This document shows positions 29,230-38,202 of a DNA stretch of 64,000 nucleotides, one piece after another. Positions within the stretch are counted from its first letter, which is position 1; each line of letters opens with the position of its first letter. The translations under genes were made by a program, and so were the position numbers. Source of the DNA: Candidatus Onthousia excrementipullorum (GTDB taxonomy: Bacteria; Bacillota_I; Bacilli_A; RF39; UBA660); NCBI GenBank assembly GCA_018712385.1, contig DVHC01000062.1, positions 72,208-136,207 of the forward strand. Direction: 5' to 3'. The notes below the pieces were generated by a model. That model saw only the letters and a program-made list of their open reading frames with translations, did not search any database and was not told where the DNA came from.

Positions 29230-30843
29230 TTAAATTGTGGCATATACTCCTGGACCTAGTGGTAGTCCTATTAAGTACCAACCTATTATTAGTAAAATCC
29301 AAGTTATGGCGATTATTCCAAAGTATGGTAAAAGATAACTTATACTTTTATGAATTGTTATTGGTTTTGTCTTATCTGGGTTATAAACATTTAAGTAACC
29401 TATATAAATGGCAAAGCATGCTAGTAATGGAGTTATACCTGCTGTTATTGAAGTGCCTGCTCTTAAGATAAACTGAGCGAATGGTGCTGATAAATTTGAT
29501 TGCATAAAGGCAGGAACCATAACTGGAGCGAATATTTGCCATTTAGCACTTGCAGTTGGAACAAAGAGATTAGCAAGCCCTATCATAATAATAGCGAATA
29601 TTATTAAAGGTAGGCCTGTAAAGCCAATATTACCTACAGCACTAGCACACCAAGAGGCAATAACTGTTCCGATATTTGTTTCTCTAAATACAGAAGTAAA
29701 CTGTGATACAACAAAGATTAACATTAATATTTCTCCCATAGGAGCGAATGTTTCTTTACAACCATTAATGATATCTTTATCGTTCTTAATACTTTTAGCA
29801 CCTATTCCATAGGCAATACCAACTAGAGTTAGAAGTAAAGCCATCATATAAGTAAAGCCATCTTGAAAATAAGAGTTAGTACCAAATAATTGACCAAGAT
29901 AAGTATCTTCTTCCATATCAAGTAACATTCCTGAATATGGTAAATTTGGTATTATAGAATAGATAAATAAAATTATTACTATTATTCCTGTTATGATAGC
30001 GGCTTTAAGGCCTCTTTTTTCATGTCTATCTTTCTCTATTTTTTGTTGTTCTAATTCTTTAGCATCTACTTCATCGACAACAACTAATTCTTCTGTTTTA
30101 GATAATTCTTCTTTTTCTTTATATTTACCAAGACGAGGAGCGATTATCTTTTCTATTATAATAGTTCCAACTATTGATAAAATAAGGGAAAAAGCGATTA
30201 TTATAAATAGATTTGAGGTTAGACTGACATGAGCGGAAGCATCTATTAGACGAGCGGCTGTAGTGGTATCTGGTATTAGATTAACTTCCATACTACCTAC
30301 AAAGATAGATACTCCATAACCAAAACTAACACCTGCAAAGGCTGCTATTATTCCTAGATATGGATTTCTATTATTAAGTAAAAATAACATAGCAGATATT
30401 GGTATTAAGATAACATAACCTACATCATTTATTAAAGATGAGATAGTTGCTATAAAAATAATAATAAATGTTAATATTTTTTTATCTATCTTAATTAAAC
30501 ATCTTTTACATAGAGTATCTAGAAAACCAGTTGATTTTGCAATACTAAGACCAAATAGAGTTAGTAATAACATACCTAGTGGTGCAAAAGATAAGAAGTT
30601 AGTCATAGCATTACTAAATATATATTTCATACCATCGAAGTTTAGTAAATTTTCTACTGTTACTAAGGTACTTTCTAATTCATTAGTTGTAGGACTTATT
30701 GTATTATAAGTCGCTTGCATTTGAAAGGCTGAAAGAATAGCACTTAGTACTAAAACAAGAAATGTTAATAGTAGATAAATGGTAATAGGATGGAGATAGA
30801 ATTTTTTTAATTTTAACTTTCTTCTATTATGATGCATCTTCAT
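29230..30843 (-). CDS. AbgT-family transporter (p-aminobenzoyl-glutamate/antimetabolite transporter family)
   Basis: 537 aa, polytopic. LLNFDGMKYIFSNAMTNFLSFAPLGMLL resembles the AbgT N-terminal signature. Confidence 0.7.
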   Translation of the reverse strand: MKMHHNRRKLKLKKFYLHPITIYLLLTFLVLVLSAILSAFQMQATYNTISPTTNELESTLVTVENLLNFDGMKYIFSNAMTNFLSFAPLGMLLLTLFGLSIAKSTGFLDTLCKRCLIKIDKKILTFIIIFIATISSLINDVGYVILIPISAMLFLLNNRNPYLGIIAAFAGVSFGYGVSIFVGSMEVNLIPDTTTAARLIDASAHVSLTSNLFIIIAFSLILSIVGTIIIEKIIAPRLGKYKEKEELSKTEELVVVDEVDAKELEQQKIEKDRHEKRGLKAAIITGIIVIILFIYSIIPNLPYSGMLLDMEEDTYLGQLFGTNSYFQDGFTYMMALLLTLVGIAYGIGAKSIKNDKDIINGCKETFAPMGEILMLIFVVSQFTSVFRETNIGTVIASWCASAVGNIGFTGLPLIIFAIIMIGLANLFVPTASAKWQIFAPVMVPAFMQSNLSAPFAQFILRAGTSITAGITPLLACFAIYIGYLNVYNPDKTKPITIHKSISYLLPYFGIIAITWILLIIGWYLIGLPLGPGVYATI

Positions 30844-31033
30844 TCTCCTTTTCTATTATTTTCTTTATCTTTTTATTTAACTCTATTCTTGGTATAAATA
30901 CTAATCTACCACAGTTTCTACATTTTAGTTTAATATCGGCTCCTAATTTTACTACTTCCCAGTCATTAGTACCACAAGGATGGCCTTTTTTTAATACTAG
31001 TCTATCTCCTAATTTATATGTTTTACTTTCCAT
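30827..31033 (-). CDS. DUF951 (YyzM-like) small protein
   Basis: 68 aa; GDRLVLKKGHPCGTNDWEVVKLGADIKLKCRNCGR. Same locus as yyzM in B. subtilis (from memory). Confidence 0.65.
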   Translation of the reverse strand: MESKTYKLGDRLVLKKGHPCGTNDWEVVKLGADIKLKCRNCGRLVFIPRIELNKKIKKIIEKENEDAS

Positions 31034-31829
31034 TACGAACCTCCATATGTGTTTGTGGCATCTTAATACCTGCTTTAGTTAAAGCATCTTGTAAGTCTTT
31101 TCTCATCTTTCTTTGAACATCAAAGTCTTTTCCAGTCTTAGTTTTAACTGCTAATTTATATGTTACAGCATTTTGTTCTAGCATCTCAACTCCCCATAGT
31201 TCAGTATTTCCTTTAAGAAAATCATAAGTTTTATCAATTGTATCCATAGTTTTTCTAATAATCTTCTCAACTTTATCTAAGTTATTATCAGAATCTACAG
31301 ATATTGTAACTTCGGCTAGGGATGGATTTAAACTATAGTTAGTAACTTCTGTTATCATGTGATTTGATATTATTTGGACTGCACCTTTATAATCTTTTAT
31401 TCTAGTTGTCTTAAGTCCCATTTCTATAACATCACCACGGAAACCATTAATCATGACATTATCACCTATTTCAAATTGGTCTTCCATAACAATAGAAATA
31501 CCAGCGATAAAGTCTTTTGCTAAGTCTTGGAAGGCTAGAGTAAGAACAGCAGCGACTATTCCTAAACCTGCTAAGATACTACTTACATTAATACCAAAAC
31601 TATTAAGTAGAATTAAGATTGTTAAAAATATTATTATATACTTTAAACAGTTATTTATAAGACTTAAAGTTGTATTTACACGTTTTTTATTCTTATTTTT
31701 TAAATATTTAGTATGTAAAGCTTTAGTAAGAAAAAATGTTATTACTTTGTAAGAAATATAAGCAAAACCAATATAGATTACAGGTCTTACTATATATATA
31801 AATATTTCAGAGTCTAAGAATTCTTTCAA
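31023..31829 (-). CDS. MscS-family mechanosensitive channel
   Basis: Three TM helices, then FEIGDNVMINGFRGDVIEMGLKTTRIKDYKGAVQIISN, a typical MscS beta-domain. Confidence 0.8.
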   Translation of the reverse strand: MKEFLDSEIFIYIVRPVIYIGFAYISYKVITFFLTKALHTKYLKNKNKKRVNTTLSLINNCLKYIIIFLTILILLNSFGINVSSILAGLGIVAAVLTLAFQDLAKDFIAGISIVMEDQFEIGDNVMINGFRGDVIEMGLKTTRIKDYKGAVQIISNHMITEVTNYSLNPSLAEVTISVDSDNNLDKVEKIIRKTMDTIDKTYDFLKGNTELWGVEMLEQNAVTYKLAVKTKTGKDFDVQRKMRKDLQDALTKAGIKMPQTHMEVRNGK

Positions 31830-31843
31830 GGGGATTACCTCCT

Positions 31844-32740
31844 TTATTTATCTAAATGCATTATTTCTAGTATTCTTGTTAAGTCATTAGCATTTGTAAA
31901 ACTTATTTCTAGTTTATTATTTCTTATCTTTACTTTTGTACCTAGTTTTTCACATAAATCACTTTCTAAGTAAGAGTATTCATTATCTTTAGCTTTTGAT
32001 TTATGAGGTGTTATTTCTTTTTTACGATGATATTCTTCTTTAGAATTGGTTAACTCTTCTAGTCTTCTAACACTTAGATTTTCATTTATTGTCTTTTCTG
32101 CTAGACTTATAGCTTGCTCTTTATCTTCAAGCTTACTTAGGACTCTAGCATGTCCCATACTTAGTTCACCTTTTACTACTTCATCTTTTATTTCATTAGG
32201 CAAAGTTAAAAGTCCTAACATATTAGTAATATGACTTCTTGATTTACCTACTTTCTTAGCAAGTTCTTCTTGTGTTAGATTAAGTCTAGTCTTTAAGGCA
32301 TTATAGGCTTCTGCTTCTTCCATAGCACTTAAGTTTTCTCTTTGTAAGTTTTCAAGTAAAGCTATTTCCATCATTTCTTCATCAGTAAAGTCTTTAATGA
32401 TGGCTGGTATGGTAGTTAAGCCTGCTAGTCTTGAAGCTTTAACACGACGTTCTCCTGCGATTATTTCATAGCCTTTAATACTTTTTTTAGCAATTATAGG
32501 TTGAAATACTCCATGCTCTTTGATAGATGAAGCTAATTCATTAAGACTTTCTTCATCAAAGTTTTTACGAGGTTGATAAGGGTTACTTCTTAATTCATCT
32601 AGATTTAGATTTACTATCTGGTCTTTTGGAGTGTTATTTATTATCTTTTCTTCTACATCGGCAATATTTAATTGTTCACTATTAAATAATTCTTCAAGAC
32701 CTTTTCCTAAAGCACGCCTTTTATTTTCCATTTCTATCAA
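31844..32740 (-). CDS. spo0J: Chromosome-partitioning protein ParB/Spo0J
   Basis: LGKGLEELF N-terminal peptide, IIAGERRVKASR CTPase box, HTH KSRSHITNMLGLLTLP...LSMGHARVL (Spo0J-type) and C-terminal dimerisation region KLEISFTNANDLTRILE. The start is ambiguous between the TTG at 32740 and the ATG at 32731. Confidence 0.9.
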   Translation of the reverse strand: MIEMENKRRALGKGLEELFNSEQLNIADVEEKIINNTPKDQIVNLNLDELRSNPYQPRKNFDEESLNELASSIKEHGVFQPIIAKKSIKGYEIIAGERRVKASRLAGLTTIPAIIKDFTDEEMMEIALLENLQRENLSAMEEAEAYNALKTRLNLTQEELAKKVGKSRSHITNMLGLLTLPNEIKDEVVKGELSMGHARVLSKLEDKEQAISLAEKTINENLSVRRLEELTNSKEEYHRKKEITPHKSKAKDNEYSYLESDLCEKLGTKVKIRNNKLEISFTNANDLTRILEIMHLDK

Positions 32741-33509
32741 TCACTTCCTTTGCTAAGTTTAGATAAGCTTCTGAGCCTTTACTCTTAGGGTCATATACTA
32801 TTATAGGTTCTCCATGGGATGGAGCTTCTGTTAATCTAATTAGTCTTGGTATAATAGTATTATATACCTTTTCTTTGAAAAACTTTCTAATATCATCTAC
32901 TACTTCAAAACCTAAGTTAGTTCTTGAATCTAACATCGTTAGTAAGACTCCTTCTATATCTAGATTAGGATTTAATTGTTTTTGAGCAAGTCTTATTGTA
33001 TTTAGTAATTGCATTATTCCTTCTAGAGCAAAGAACTCACATTGAACTGGAATAATAACAGAGTCACTTGCTGTTAGGGCATTTGTTGTAATTAATCCTA
33101 ATGATGGAGGACAATCTATTATTATAAAATCAAAATTTTCATCTTTTAGCTCTTTTAGATGATATTTTAATTGGGCTCCTTTTGCAAAACCAGGTTCACT
33201 CTGACTTTTTTCAAGTAGTTCAATATCAAGACCTGCTAAATTTATTGTTGCAGGTAGTACATATAGTTTTTTATATTTAGTTTTAATCATGGCATCTTTG
33301 GTACTGCATTTATTTGTTAGAACATCATATACACTTACATCTATATCCCCCTTATTTATTCCTACTCCTGTTGTGGTATTACCTTGAGGGTCTAAGTCTA
33401 TTAATAATACTTTTTTACCAAGGAATGCTAATGAGGCAGAAAGGTTAATACTTGTTGTTGTCTTTCCTACTCCACCTTTTTGATTAACTAAAGAAATTAC
33501 CTTTGCCAT
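32721..33509 (-). CDS. soj: ParA/Soj partitioning ATPase
   Basis: Deviant Walker A NQKGGVGKTT; DLDPQGN; 262 aa. Confidence 0.95.
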   Translation of the reverse strand: MAKVISLVNQKGGVGKTTTSINLSASLAFLGKKVLLIDLDPQGNTTTGVGINKGDIDVSVYDVLTNKCSTKDAMIKTKYKKLYVLPATINLAGLDIELLEKSQSEPGFAKGAQLKYHLKELKDENFDFIIIDCPPSLGLITTNALTASDSVIIPVQCEFFALEGIMQLLNTIRLAQKQLNPNLDIEGVLLTMLDSRTNLGFEVVDDIRKFFKEKVYNTIIPRLIRLTEAPSHGEPIIVYDPKSKGSEAYLNLAKEVIDRNGK

Positions 33510-33605
33510 TTTATCACTCTCTTCTTCTATTTGTCTTTTTTATTGTATCAAAAATATGTTATTATGGAAAGAATTTTATCTAAAAAAGTAGATTTAACTC
33601 TACTT

Positions 33606-35030
33606 TTAGCTGTTATTATTTTCTTTAGATATTTTAATAGTTATCTGATAGTTATTAACAAGGTCCATTTCTTCACTATCTACTTTAAAGCCTGACTCTT
33701 CTATTTTCTTTAGAGTTTCTCTTACTAGATTTATAGATTCATTTAGAGTATATTTTGGTTTATTTTCTTTTTGTTGTTCTTCACTCGCTTTTACATTGTC
33801 GCTAAAGATTGGATTATGAGCGAATGGATTATTAAATGTATCTATACTAGGTATTGATGGTGTCTCTTTAACAGAAGTATTGTTATTGGTATTAACTCCT
33901 GCTAGTAAGTTATCCATAGATGTACTAGTAGAATCTTTTAAATCTTTAGTCTCTCCTCCTAAGTTAAAAGGATTATCATTGATGAAAGGAGCATTGGTTG
34001 GGGCTGGGGTATCAAACATAGAAGTTGATGGTTCTTGCTTTGAAGGTGCCTCTTTAGCTTCTTCTTCCATAGGTGAGAAAAATTTAAAATTACTTTCTTC
34101 TTCTTTCTTTTCTTCTTTAGGGGCAACCTTTAAGAATTCATTAACATCAGTTGTTGGTTTTTCTACGTTGATATCTTGGGCCTTATCTTTTATAGCATTG
34201 ATATCAATAGATTTATTAGCAGTACTTTCTAAGTTATCATTTATATTTGGTACATCGTAATCAATAAATTTTGGAGGAGTGGAATAATCAATTCCTACAC
34301 TTGTATTAAAATCATTATTAGGATTTGAATTAGAATTGATATTTAGAGAATTAGTTTGAGGCATAGTAGCACTAACAGGTGATGGATTTAATAAGGCATC
34401 TATATCACTTTTTGTTATTTCTTCTTTAGGATTTATTTTTTCCTCTAATTCTCTTACAGTCATTTTTTTATCTATAACTTCTTTTAATAATTGTTTTTGA
34501 GTCTCAGGGTCTTTGGCATTTAATAAGGCTCTAGCATGACGTTCTGAGATTTGGTCTTTTAAAAGAGCATCTTGGACTTCATCTGTTAAAGATAAAAGAC
34601 GTAGTTTATTGGCAACAGCACTTTGACTTTTACCCATAGTTTTAGCAAGTTCTTCTTGAGTCATTTGGTCAAGTTCAAGAATTTTTTGATATGTTTTTGC
34701 TTCTTCGATTGGGTTTAAGTTCTTGCGTTGTAAGTTTTCAAGAAGAGCGACTTTGCTACTTTCTTTATCATCCAAATTACGAACAATAGCTGGTATAGTT
34801 GTAAGTCCTGCCATAGCTGAGGCTTTATAACGACGTTCTCCTGCTATTATTTCATACTTATTACCAATGTTACGAACAATAATTGGTTGAATTACACCAT
34901 GTTCTTTGATAGATACTGCTAACTCTTTTAAAGCTTTTTCATCAAATACTTGTCTTGGTTGAAATCTATTTGGAATTATATCATCTAAATGTAAATATAC
35001 TACTTCGTTTTCTTTATTATCCATATACAT
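33606..35030 (-). CDS. noc: Noc-type ParB paralogue (nucleoid occlusion protein family) with a long inserted low-complexity linker
   Basis: It occupies the rsmG-noc-soj-spo0J position. Motifs: IIPNRFQPRQVF, IIAGERRYKAS and the HTH KSQSAVANKLRLLSL...ISERHARAL (Noc-type, compare B. subtilis GQSTIANKLRLLKL...ITERHARAL). The C-terminus INLVRETLKKIEESGFKVDSEEMDLVNNYQITIKI parallels the B. subtilis Noc C-terminus ([35 protein letters not shown]). Comparisons are from memory. Confidence 0.8.
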   Translation of the reverse strand: MYMDNKENEVVYLHLDDIIPNRFQPRQVFDEKALKELAVSIKEHGVIQPIIVRNIGNKYEIIAGERRYKASAMAGLTTIPAIVRNLDDKESSKVALLENLQRKNLNPIEEAKTYQKILELDQMTQEELAKTMGKSQSAVANKLRLLSLTDEVQDALLKDQISERHARALLNAKDPETQKQLLKEVIDKKMTVRELEEKINPKEEITKSDIDALLNPSPVSATMPQTNSLNINSNSNPNNDFNTSVGIDYSTPPKFIDYDVPNINDNLESTANKSIDINAIKDKAQDINVEKPTTDVNEFLKVAPKEEKKEEESNFKFFSPMEEEAKEAPSKQEPSTSMFDTPAPTNAPFINDNPFNLGGETKDLKDSTSTSMDNLLAGVNTNNNTSVKETPSIPSIDTFNNPFAHNPIFSDNVKASEEQQKENKPKYTLNESINLVRETLKKIEESGFKVDSEEMDLVNNYQITIKISKENNNS

Positions 35031-35095
35031 ACCCTCTTTATTCTATTCTTTTATTTTTCTACTAATCTCATTATATCATTAATTGTACTAGTTTG

Positions 35096-35743
35096 CTAGG
35101 CTTTATTTTTAATTTCTAAAATTGTTCTTACATCTTCCTTATTTGGTAAAGTAAATATCTCTTTATTATTAATATACCAGTTATGTTTTTTCAGAATATC
35201 TTTAGATAGTTCTAACTCTTCAGTAACATTTCCTTTCATGGCAAGAAAACTACCATTTTTATTTACTAAAGGCATTGTCCATAATAGTAGTTTAGGTAAG
35301 TTTGCTACAGCTCTTGCTGTTACAATATCAAACTTTTTTCCCTCTTTTATTAAGTCTTCAGCACGATTATGATAGGCTTTTATACCTGTTAGATGTAATT
35401 TATCTATTAAGTTATTAAGATAATTTACTCTTTTTAAAAGTGAATCTACTAAAGCTATTTCTAAGTTAGGATAAAATATTTTTAAGACTAGACCTGGAAA
35501 ACCGGCTCCGGTTCCAATATCACATAGAGTTTTAGCTTTTGATAGGTCATATACTTTGGCTAGAGTTAGACTATCATAGAAATGTTTTAAATAGACATCA
35601 CTTTCTGCTGTTATTCTTGTTAAGTTCATAGTTTTATTTGTTTCTATTAAAGTATTATAAATAATATCTAACTTTTCTAATTCTTCATCAGTTACCTTTA
35701 AACCTAGCTTTTCTACTTCTTTTATAAACTCTTCCTTAGTCAT
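35096..35743 (-). CDS. rsmG: 16S rRNA (guanine527-N7)-methyltransferase
   Basis: DIGTGAGFPGL SAM motif; 215 aa; directly downstream of mnmG. Confidence 0.9.
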   Translation of the reverse strand: MTKEEFIKEVEKLGLKVTDEELEKLDIIYNTLIETNKTMNLTRITAESDVYLKHFYDSLTLAKVYDLSKAKTLCDIGTGAGFPGLVLKIFYPNLEIALVDSLLKRVNYLNNLIDKLHLTGIKAYHNRAEDLIKEGKKFDIVTARAVANLPKLLLWTMPLVNKNGSFLAMKGNVTEELELSKDILKKHNWYINNKEIFTLPNKEDVRTILEIKNKA

Positions 35744-37600
35744 TTAGATTCCCCTTTTCTTTAAATAAACAGAGATAATAGCGATATCTGATGGATTAAC
35801 ACCACTAATTCTACTTGCTTGTCCCAAAGTTACTGGTCTAATCTTGTCTAGCTTTTCTTTCGCTTCACTGGCAATATTAGGAATATCTTGATAGTTAATA
35901 TCTTCTGGTAAAGTTTTATCTTCTAACTCTAACATCTTATTAGCTTCTTCAAGAGATTTTTTAATATAGCCTTCATATTTTATATTAATCTCTACTTCTT
36001 TTAGAACTTCTTTAGAGTAATTTAACTCTTTAAAATTAGTTAAGTCTTCTATAGATAGTTCTGGTCTTTTTAATAAGTCATATAAAGTAATACTATCTTT
36101 TAAAGGAGATGTATTTAACTTTATTAAGATATCGTTTATTTCTTTTTTAGGAGTGATTTTAGTTTCTTTTAAAATATTTGTTAATTCTTCGATATCTTGC
36201 TTTTTCTTTAGAAACTTATTATAAATATCATCATTTATTAATCCTATTTCATGGCCATATTCTCTAAGTCTTAAATCAGCATTATCATCTCTTAATAAAA
36301 GACGATATTCAGCACGTGATGTTAAAAGGCGATATGGGTCTTTTACTCCTTTAGTTACTAAGTCATCGATTAGAACTCCGATATATGACTCATTACGTTT
36401 TAAGATTAAAGGCTTTTTATTTTCTAGCTTTAGGGAAGCGTTAATCCCTGCGATTAGACCTTGTCCTGCTGCTTCTTCATAACCACTTGTACCATTTATT
36501 TGGCCGGCTGTATAAAGATTTTCAATTATCTTGGTTTCAAGAGTTGGTTTTATTTGTCTTGAGTCAATGGCATCATACTCTATGGCATAGGCATATTTTA
36601 ATATCTTAGCATTTTCTAAACCAGATAGACTATGGACCATTTGTTCTTGAACATAGTGAGGCATACTTGTAGAAAATCCTTGAAGGTACAAATCATCATA
36701 ATAAATACTTTCAGGCTCTAAGAATAATTGATGACGTTCTTTATCACTAAATCTTACTACTTTATCTTCAATAGATGGACAGTATCTTGGTCCTACTCCT
36801 TCGACATAACCACCATACATACTAGATTCATTTAGATGTTCTTTAATTATTTTATGAGTTAAATCGTTAGTGTAGATTAAATAACAAGGTAATTGGTACT
36901 TATAGGCAAGAGCGGTAGTGTTATCATATGAGAAAGTTATATCTTCACTACTACCAAGTTCTTCTTGCATTTTAGAGAAGTCAACACTTGCTTTTTCAAT
37001 ACGAGGAGGGGTTCCTGTTTTTAGTCTTAAAATATTAAAGCCTAACCTCTTTAAGAAAGGACTTAAATAATTACTAACTTTTTCACCATGAGGACCACCT
37101 GCTGTTTTCTTATCACCTACTAATATTGTTCCTTTTAAATAAGTTCCTGTTGTTAAAATAACGGCTTTTGAAGATATTTCTTCACCATCTTCTAAAATGA
37201 CTCCACCTACTTTATTATCTTTTATAATAAGTTCTTTTACTAGTCCTTCTTTAATATCTAATTTATCTTGATTTTTTAAGGTCTTTAACATTTCCTTTTT
37301 ATAGATAACTTTATCGGCTTGGGCACGTAAAGCACGAACGGCAGGACCTTTTTTAGTATTTAACATTTTCATTTGTAAAGAACTCTTATCAGTATTTTTA
37401 GCCATTTCGCCACCTAAGGCATCTATTTCTCTTACGACTATTCCTTTAGCAGGGCCTCCTATGGAAGGATTACATGGCATATCAGCAATATTATTAATAT
37501 TACCAGTTACTAAAAGAGTCTTGTGCTTAAGCCTTGCGCATGATAGGCAGGCTTCTATACCAGCATGTCCTCCTCCTACAACAATTACTTCATAATTCAT
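35744..37600 (-). CDS. mnmG: tRNA uridine-5-carboxymethylaminomethyl modification enzyme MnmG (GidA)
   Basis: VIVVGGGHAGIEA FAD motif; GPRYCPSIEDK; 618 aa. Confidence 0.95.
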   Translation of the reverse strand: MNYEVIVVGGGHAGIEACLSCARLKHKTLLVTGNINNIADMPCNPSIGGPAKGIVVREIDALGGEMAKNTDKSSLQMKMLNTKKGPAVRALRAQADKVIYKKEMLKTLKNQDKLDIKEGLVKELIIKDNKVGGVILEDGEEISSKAVILTTGTYLKGTILVGDKKTAGGPHGEKVSNYLSPFLKRLGFNILRLKTGTPPRIEKASVDFSKMQEELGSSEDITFSYDNTTALAYKYQLPCYLIYTNDLTHKIIKEHLNESSMYGGYVEGVGPRYCPSIEDKVVRFSDKERHQLFLEPESIYYDDLYLQGFSTSMPHYVQEQMVHSLSGLENAKILKYAYAIEYDAIDSRQIKPTLETKIIENLYTAGQINGTSGYEEAAGQGLIAGINASLKLENKKPLILKRNESYIGVLIDDLVTKGVKDPYRLLTSRAEYRLLLRDDNADLRLREYGHEIGLINDDIYNKFLKKKQDIEELTNILKETKITPKKEINDILIKLNTSPLKDSITLYDLLKRPELSIEDLTNFKELNYSKEVLKEVEINIKYEGYIKKSLEEANKMLELEDKTLPEDINYQDIPNIASEAKEKLDKIRPVTLGQASRISGVNPSDIAIISVYLKKRGI

Positions 37601-37620
37601 CTAACATCACTACCTTTATT

Positions 37621-38190
37621 TTAATTTACTTTTATATTTAATTTATTTAACATCATTTCAGGTTTTCCTATATTTAATTCTTTAGAAACATCCAAACATA
37701 ATGAATCTATAAAATTTTGTATTTCTTCTTTTTTCTTTTTAATATCAATGTCTTTATCAGTACAAAACTCAACTTCTATAAAATATCCTAAATCTTTGAC
37801 TGTTTCTAAAACTATTTCATATTCTTTATATTTATAAGTTCTTTTTTTATTATGAATTGTAATTAATTCTTTTAAGCCTATTTTTTCTAAAATGTTCATT
37901 GCAATAGATAAATCATCAATTTTTGTTTCATATTCATTAGAATATAACCACCTACCGTTTTTATCAAATTCATCTGTTTTATATGTTATGAAATTATTAT
38001 TGTCTGTTTTTCTTAATCTTAAGCATTCATTTATTTGATTGTTAGAGTTAGGTTTTAAATTTTTTCTTAGTGGGTCATAATAGTATGTATCTACTACTTC
38101 TTTTATACCTAAGTATTCGAACTTATCTAATACATTAATAACTTTACTAATTGGCGAATATACTTCTACTAATATTTCTATTTCTTTCAT
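37621..38190 (-). CDS. CYTH-domain protein (class IV adenylyl cyclase / triphosphate tunnel metalloenzyme-like)
   Basis: 189 aa: N-terminal KEIEILVEV (EXEX motif), CLRLRK and the C-terminal YEIVLETVKDLGYFIEVEF pattern typical of CyaB-like CYTH proteins. Confidence 0.65.
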   Translation of the reverse strand: MKEIEILVEVYSPISKVINVLDKFEYLGIKEVVDTYYYDPLRKNLKPNSNNQINECLRLRKTDNNNFITYKTDEFDKNGRWLYSNEYETKIDDLSIAMNILEKIGLKELITIHNKKRTYKYKEYEIVLETVKDLGYFIEVEFCTDKDIDIKKKKEEIQNFIDSLCLDVSKELNIGKPEMMLNKLNIKVN

Positions 38191-38202
38191 CCATTTCTCC
38201 TT

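Noticed and set aside
36313-36318. A CACGTG hexamer inside mnmG, considered as a possible additional parS core.
   Set aside because: The flanks (ATTCAG...ATGTTA) do not match the TGTTN/NAACA arms, so this is a chance hexamer in coding sequence.
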